Source of the DNA: Acidobacteriota bacterium
Lineage (GTDB): Bacteria; Acidobacteriota; UBA890; WLXD01
Direction: 5' to 3'
DNA: 64,000 nucleotides
NCBI GenBank assembly: GCA_963666055.2
Contig: CAXWPH010000015.1
Span: forward strand, 1,760,001 to 1,824,000
The position numbers and the translations under genes were made by a program. Below are positions 59,552 through 64,000 of the stretch, in pieces (position 1 is the first letter of the stretch; the number at the start of each line of letters is the position of its first letter). The notes beneath the pieces are model-generated. The model was given only the letters and a program-made list of their open reading frames with translations, made no database searches and was not told the origin of the DNA.

Positions 59552-61681
59552 ATGTCGGACACGGTCACCCTTCAACCGCACCTGGCGCCGATGCTGGCGG
59601 CGCGATCCGTGGCGATCGTGGGGGCGAGCAACCGCCCCGGATCCGCCGGCTACACCATGGTGTCCGAGCTCAAGATCGGCGGCTTCGCGGGCCCCATCTA
59701 CCCGGTCAACCCGGGCTACGAAGAGGTGCAGGGACTGCGCTGCTACGCATCGCTCGACCGCCTGCCGGAAGCGGTCGACCTGGTGATCCTCGGGATCAAG
59801 AACTCGCTGCTCGAGGGCCAGTTGCAACTGGCCGCGGACTGCGGCGCGGGTGCGGCGGTGATTTTCGCCAGCTGCTACGAGGAGCCGCAGGAGAGCGCGC
59901 CCGGGCTTCCCCAGCGACTGTCCGAGATCGCCCGCGCACACGCAATGCCGGTCTGCGGCGGCAACGGGATGGGCTTCTTCAACCTCGAGAACGGGCTCCG
60001 GGCGTTGGCGTATCCGGAGCTCGCCGATCTGGAGGCCGGGCCGATCACCTGGCTTAGCCACTCGGGCTCGGCCTATACCGCCATGACCCACAACCAGCGC
60101 GGGTTGAAGTTCAACCTCGCGGTCTCCACTGGTATGGAGCTGGCAACGACCGTAGCCGACTACATGAAATACGCGCTCGAGCTCGAATCGACCGGCATGA
60201 TCGCGATGTTCCTGGAGACGGTTCGTGATCCGCGAGGATTCCGCCAGGCGCTGCAGCTGGCGGAGGCGAAGGATATCCCGGTGGTGGTGCTGAAAACCGG
60301 CCGCGAGCCGCTCGCGCAGGAGCTGGTGGTGGCACATTCGGGTGGGCTCGCCGGAGAGGATGGAGCCTACGAGGCCGTGTTTCGCGAGTACGGCGTAGTT
60401 CGTGTCGCCAACCTCGACGAAATGGTCGACACGATGGAGCTGCTGAGCGCTGGCCGAGGTGCAGCGCCGGGAGGACTGGCGGCAGTTCACGACTCGGGAG
60501 GCGAACGCGCCCACCTCATCGACGTGGCCGCCGACGTGGACCTGCCGCTGGCACAGATCTCGGACGAGACGGTGGGCCGTCTGGCGGCGGTCCTGGACCC
60601 CGGCCTGCCCGCCGTCAACCCGGTCGACGCCTGGGGCACTGGAGCCGATCACGAAGCGATCTTCCTGGAGTGCATGCGCGCGTTGCTTGCCGACCCTGAT
60701 ACCGCCGCCCTCGGCTTCGTCGTTGACCTCGCAGACTACGTCCGCGACCCGGGTCACGGCTACGATCAGATGGCGGCGAAGATCTTCGCCGGGACCGACA
60801 AACCCGTGGCAGTCTTGAGCAACCTGCCAACGTCGATACCGGAGGAGTCCGCCGAGCTGATACGCAACGCCGGCGTCCCGTTGCTCGAGGGCACGGCTAC
60901 CGGGCTGCGAGCCTTCCGGGCGCTGTTCGACCGCCGCGACTTCGCAGCGCTGCCGACCTTTGCCTCCCCTGCGGCGGTTGAGGCGGAAGTGCGCGAGCGC
61001 TGGCGACGACGACTGCGCGAAAGCACTCGCTGTAGTGAGCAGGAAGGGCTGGCGCTGTTGAGCGACTACGGTCTCCCGACCATCGAGGGAGAAACGGCCG
61101 ACAGCACCGCGGACGCCGTCGCGGCGGCCAAGCGCTGCGGATGGCCAGTAGCGCTCAAGACCGCGGCCCCCGGAGTGGCGCACAAGTCGGACGTAGGCGG
61201 GGTCATCCTGGGGCTGGACAACTCGGTGGCCTTGGAGCGCGCGTGCAACAGGCTCATCGAGCGGCTTGGCCCTCCGGTGTTGGTGCAGAAGATGGCTCCC
61301 GCCGGCGTGGAGTTGGCGCTCGGCGTTGTCCGCGACGCCCAGTTCGGCCCACTGGTGATGGCGGCCACCGGCGGCGTGCTGGTGGAAATTGTCCGCGACC
61401 GCGCCTTCGCACTGCCGCCACTGGACGCGCCACGTGCCGAGCGGCTGCTGAACGGCCTAGCGGCCCGACGGCTCCTGTCTGGCGTCCGCGGAGCATCGCC
61501 CGCCGATACCCGCGCGGTCGTCGACGCCCTCGTACGACTCTCGGTGCTCGCCGTGGATCTGGGTGATCTCATCGACGGACTCGACATCAACCCGTTGATC
61601 GCCGGCCCTAAAGGCTGTGTAGCAGTGGACGCTCTCGTCGTTCCCCGAGCGCACGAGAGCCTGCCTGAACAGGACCCCTGA
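59552..61681 (+). CDS. ADP-forming acyl-CoA synthetase (acetate-CoA ligase family, fused alpha/beta)
   Basis: SVAIVGAS, IYPVNP, SHSG, AHSGGLAG, NPVD, HKSDVGGV and DINPL. Confidence 0.88.
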   Translation: MSDTVTLQPHLAPMLAARSVAIVGASNRPGSAGYTMVSELKIGGFAGPIYPVNPGYEEVQGLRCYASLDRLPEAVDLVILGIKNSLLEGQLQLAADCGAGAAVIFASCYEEPQESAPGLPQRLSEIARAHAMPVCGGNGMGFFNLENGLRALAYPELADLEAGPITWLSHSGSAYTAMTHNQRGLKFNLAVSTGMELATTVADYMKYALELESTGMIAMFLETVRDPRGFRQALQLAEAKDIPVVVLKTGREPLAQELVVAHSGGLAGEDGAYEAVFREYGVVRVANLDEMVDTMELLSAGRGAAPGGLAAVHDSGGERAHLIDVAADVDLPLAQISDETVGRLAAVLDPGLPAVNPVDAWGTGADHEAIFLECMRALLADPDTAALGFVVDLADYVRDPGHGYDQMAAKIFAGTDKPVAVLSNLPTSIPEESAELIRNAGVPLLEGTATGLRAFRALFDRRDFAALPTFASPAAVEAEVRERWRRRLRESTRCSEQEGLALLSDYGLPTIEGETADSTADAVAAAKRCGWPVALKTAAPGVAHKSDVGGVILGLDNSVALERACNRLIERLGPPVLVQKMAPAGVELALGVVRDAQFGPLVMAATGGVLVEIVRDRAFALPPLDAPRAERLLNGLAARRLLSGVRGASPADTRAVVDALVRLSVLAVDLGDLIDGLDINPLIAGPKGCVAVDALVVPRAHESLPEQDP

Positions 61682-61707
61682 CGCGACGCCGCAGGGCGCC
61701 GATCGGA

Positions 61708-61758
61708 CTAGCAGGCCGTGGTGAAAATGTGGTGGGTCTGGCGACAAGGTCTTGCGAC
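61708..61758. mobile_element. MITE-B terminal fragment
   Basis: CTAGCAGGCCGTGGTGAAAATGTGGTGGGTCTGGCGACAAGGTCTTGCGA matches the start of the 41242 copy with 2 mismatches. Confidence 0.85.
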
Positions 61759-61782
61759 GTCGATACCAACAGGAGCGAAACG

Positions 61783-62967
61783 ATGCTACCGACACCCTTT
61801 CATTCGAGAACCGCGCCGCTGTGCGTCAGCAACAGCTGGGTCGAGTGGGCGGGCTACCAGTCGGCCGCCATGTACGAGCTCGAGCACACCCACGAGTACC
61901 ACGCCGTGCGCATGGCGACGGCGCTCTTCGACGTCTCGCCGCTGTACAAGTTCCATATTCACGGACCCGACGCCACGCGGTTGCTCGACAGGGTGCTGAC
62001 GCGCGACGTGACCCGATGCGCGGTCGGGCAGGTGATGTACGCGGCCTGGTGCGATGACGCCGGCCACATCATCGACGACGGCGCGCTGGCGCGACTGGAA
62101 GACAACCTCTACCGACTGACGACTGCCGACCCGAGCTTGGCGTGGCTACAAGACAACGGCTACGGCATGGATGTCCAGGTGGAAGACGTGTCCGAGTCGC
62201 TCGCGGCGCTGGCGCTGCAAGGGCCGACGTCACGCGACCTCCTGCAGGCTGCCGCGAGCACGGACCTATCGAAGCTCGGGTACTTCCGCGCCACCCAGAC
62301 CGGCATCGGCAACGCCCGGGTGACCGTGACCCGCACCGGCTACACCGGCGACCTCGGCTACGAGGTCTGGATCGACCCCGACGATGCCGAACACGTGTGG
62401 GACGTGTTGATGGATCGGGGCCGCAGCTATGCGATCAAGCCGGCCGGCACGCTGGCGCTCGAGATGGTGCGCGTCGAGGCCGGTTTGCTGCTGTCTGAGG
62501 TCGACTTCATCTCCTGCCGCAAGACGATGTTCGACGTCCAGAAGTCGACCCCGCTGGAGCTCGGCCTGGGTTGGATGGTGCACCTCGACAAGCCGTTCTT
62601 CGTCGGCCAGCAGGCGCTCAGGGAGGAGAGGGCCCGGGGGCCGGCGTGGAAGACGGTCGGGGTGGAAATCGACGTCCTCGCACTGGAGGCGATCTACGCC
62701 GAGTTCGGCATGCCGCTGCAGCTTCCCTGGGAGGCGTGGAGCACGGCCGTGCCGGTGTACGTCGGCGGCCGGCAGGTGGGCAAGGCTACCAGCGGCACCT
62801 GGTCGCCGACCCTCAAGAAGTACATCGCGCTCGCCCGCGTCAAGCCCCAGCACACCGCGCTGGGCGGCACGCTCGACATCGAGATGACGGTCGAGGCGAT
62901 ACGTAGCACGGTTCCCGCGAGGGTCGTCAAGACACCGTTCTTCGATCCCGCGAGGAAGAAGTCGTGA
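61783..62967 (+). CDS. GcvT-family THF-dependent aminomethyltransferase/demethylase
   Basis: AGGAG RBS before ATG 61783. TPFH, ALFDVS, IIDDG, LQGP, RTGYTGDLGYE, RVEAG and PFFDP. Confidence 0.88.
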   Translation: MLPTPFHSRTAPLCVSNSWVEWAGYQSAAMYELEHTHEYHAVRMATALFDVSPLYKFHIHGPDATRLLDRVLTRDVTRCAVGQVMYAAWCDDAGHIIDDGALARLEDNLYRLTTADPSLAWLQDNGYGMDVQVEDVSESLAALALQGPTSRDLLQAAASTDLSKLGYFRATQTGIGNARVTVTRTGYTGDLGYEVWIDPDDAEHVWDVLMDRGRSYAIKPAGTLALEMVRVEAGLLLSEVDFISCRKTMFDVQKSTPLELGLGWMVHLDKPFFVGQQALREERARGPAWKTVGVEIDVLALEAIYAEFGMPLQLPWEAWSTAVPVYVGGRQVGKATSGTWSPTLKKYIALARVKPQHTALGGTLDIEMTVEAIRSTVPARVVKTPFFDPARKKS

Positions 62968-64000
62968 GCGCTACCAGTAGCGCCATTGGGATCACCACCA
63001 AGTACGACGCCATCGTCGTCGGGGGCGGCCACAACGGATTGACGACCGCCGCCTACCTCGCCAAGGCGGGGCGCAAGGTGCTGGTGCTCGAGCGCCGGCA
63101 CATCCTGGGCGGTGCGGCGGTCAGCGAGGAGGTCTACCCGGGGTTCACGTACACAGTCTGCTCGTACGTCGTCAGCCTGCTGCGCCCCGAGGTCATTCGC
63201 GAGCTCGAGCTCGCCAAGCACGGGCTCCAGATCGTGCCGTTGACCGGCGCTTTCACACCGATGGAGGACGGCAACTACATCGCCTTCTGGCCCGACGCCG
63301 CCAGCACCCGCGACGAGATCAAGCGCCATTCGGTGCGCGACGCCGACCGCTACGAGGAATTCCACCAGCTCATGTTCGAAATGGCCTACGCGGTCAAGCC
63401 GATCCTCGGCATGGTGCCACCCGACCTGGTGTCGCCGAGCCTGCGCGACCTCGGCACCCTGCGCGAGCTATCACGCCACATGAAGGGGCTCGGCAGGCGC
63501 AAGTTTCACTACCTCCACAAGATCATGACGATGAGCGCCGCCGACTTCCTCGCTGAGTTCTTCGAGACCGATGTGATGAAGTCGGCAATGTCGATCAGCG
63601 GCATCATCGGCACCATGCTCGGCCCCTGCTCGCCGGGCACCGCGTACGTGCTGCTACACCACTACATGGGCGAGCTCGACGGTGCCTTCACCGCCTGGGG
63701 CTCGCAGAAGGGCGGCACCGGCGGTGTCAGCGAGGCGCTGGCCAGCGCCGCCCGCAGCCACGGGGCGGAAACCCGCTGCAACGCCGCGGTCGAGCAGGTA
63801 ATCGTCAAGAACGGACGAGCGGTTGGCGTGGCGCTGGAGAGCGGCGAGGAGATTTTCAGCAAGGTCGTGGTGTCGGGATGCGACCCGAAGGTCACGTTCC
63901 TGAAGCTGCTCGATCACAAGGATCTGCCCGGCGAGCTGGTCGAGTCGATCAAGAAGTTCAAGTTCCGCGGCTCCTCCGGAAAGGTCAATCTGGCGCTCGA
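62964..64000 (+). CDS. COG1233 phytoene-desaturase-like/PYROXD2-like FAD oxidoreductase (runs off the window end)
   Basis: Translated by hand from GTG 62964 (GTGA overlap): YDAIVVGGGHNGLTTAAYLAKAGRKVLVLERRHILGGAAVSEEVYPGF. Absent from the ORF track, consistent with no stop before 64000. Confidence 0.88.
   Translation, partial: MSATSSAIGITTKYDAIVVGGGHNGLTTAAYLAKAGRKVLVLERRHILGGAAVSEEVYPGFTYTVCSYVVSLLRPEVIRELELAKHGLQIVPLTGAFTPMEDGNYIAFWPDAASTRDEIKRHSVRDADRYEEFHQLMFEMAYAVKPILGMVPPDLVSPSLRDLGTLRELSRHMKGLGRRKFHYLHKIMTMSAADFLAEFFETDVMKSAMSISGIIGTMLGPCSPGTAYVLLHHYMGELDGAFTAWGSQKGGTGGVSEALASAARSHGAETRCNAAVEQVIVKNGRAVGVALESGEEIFSKVVVSGCDPKVTFLKLLDHKDLPGELVESIKKFKFRGSSGKVNLAL

Noticed and set aside
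59522-61183. Long antisense ORFs (also 26077-27696, 43212-44396, 40159-41097, 51512-52822)
   Set aside because: Shadow ORFs of real genes in high-GC DNA, with no recognisable motifs.
62964-64000. Carotenoid biosynthesis (crtI)
   Set aside because: The GGGHNGL..PGF type plus GcvT coupling fits non-carotenoid COG1233 members, and there is no crtB/crtE in the window.

Overview
A GC-rich, gene-dense bacterial window. The kinase-TPR, VWFA-related, CRTAC1-like and DUF5916 genes suggest Acidobacteria, which is an inference. It holds about 41 protein-coding genes. I recognised no rRNA, tRNA, CRISPR array or transposase. Left part: a Ser/Thr kinase-TPR protein, two Zn-peptidases, YhbY, a single-module Clp ATPase, an SSS transporter plus MatB-like ligase, Ccr, DUF2182/DUF1326, a BCCT transporter and exported hydrolases. 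Right part: an amine/polyamine catabolic region with an SpdH-like flavoprotein, amidinotransferase, a PuuC-like ALDH with a 1-nt frameshift, a Rieske oxygenase, an aminotransferase, PotABCD, a BetI-like TetR, and a GcvT-like plus COG1233 pair, together with a compact divergent PEP carboxylase. The main unannotated signals are: (1) two unrelated-TIR families of ~278-bp CTAG-bounded MITEs sharing one internal two-hairpin, ERIC-like architecture, with stacked and collapsed remnants; (2) four candidate TetR operators defining a regulon; (3) a structured, switch-like non-coding segment at 8.2-8.36 kb; (4) active-site substitutions in Ccr and PEPC. All protein assignments come from recognised motifs, not database searches.
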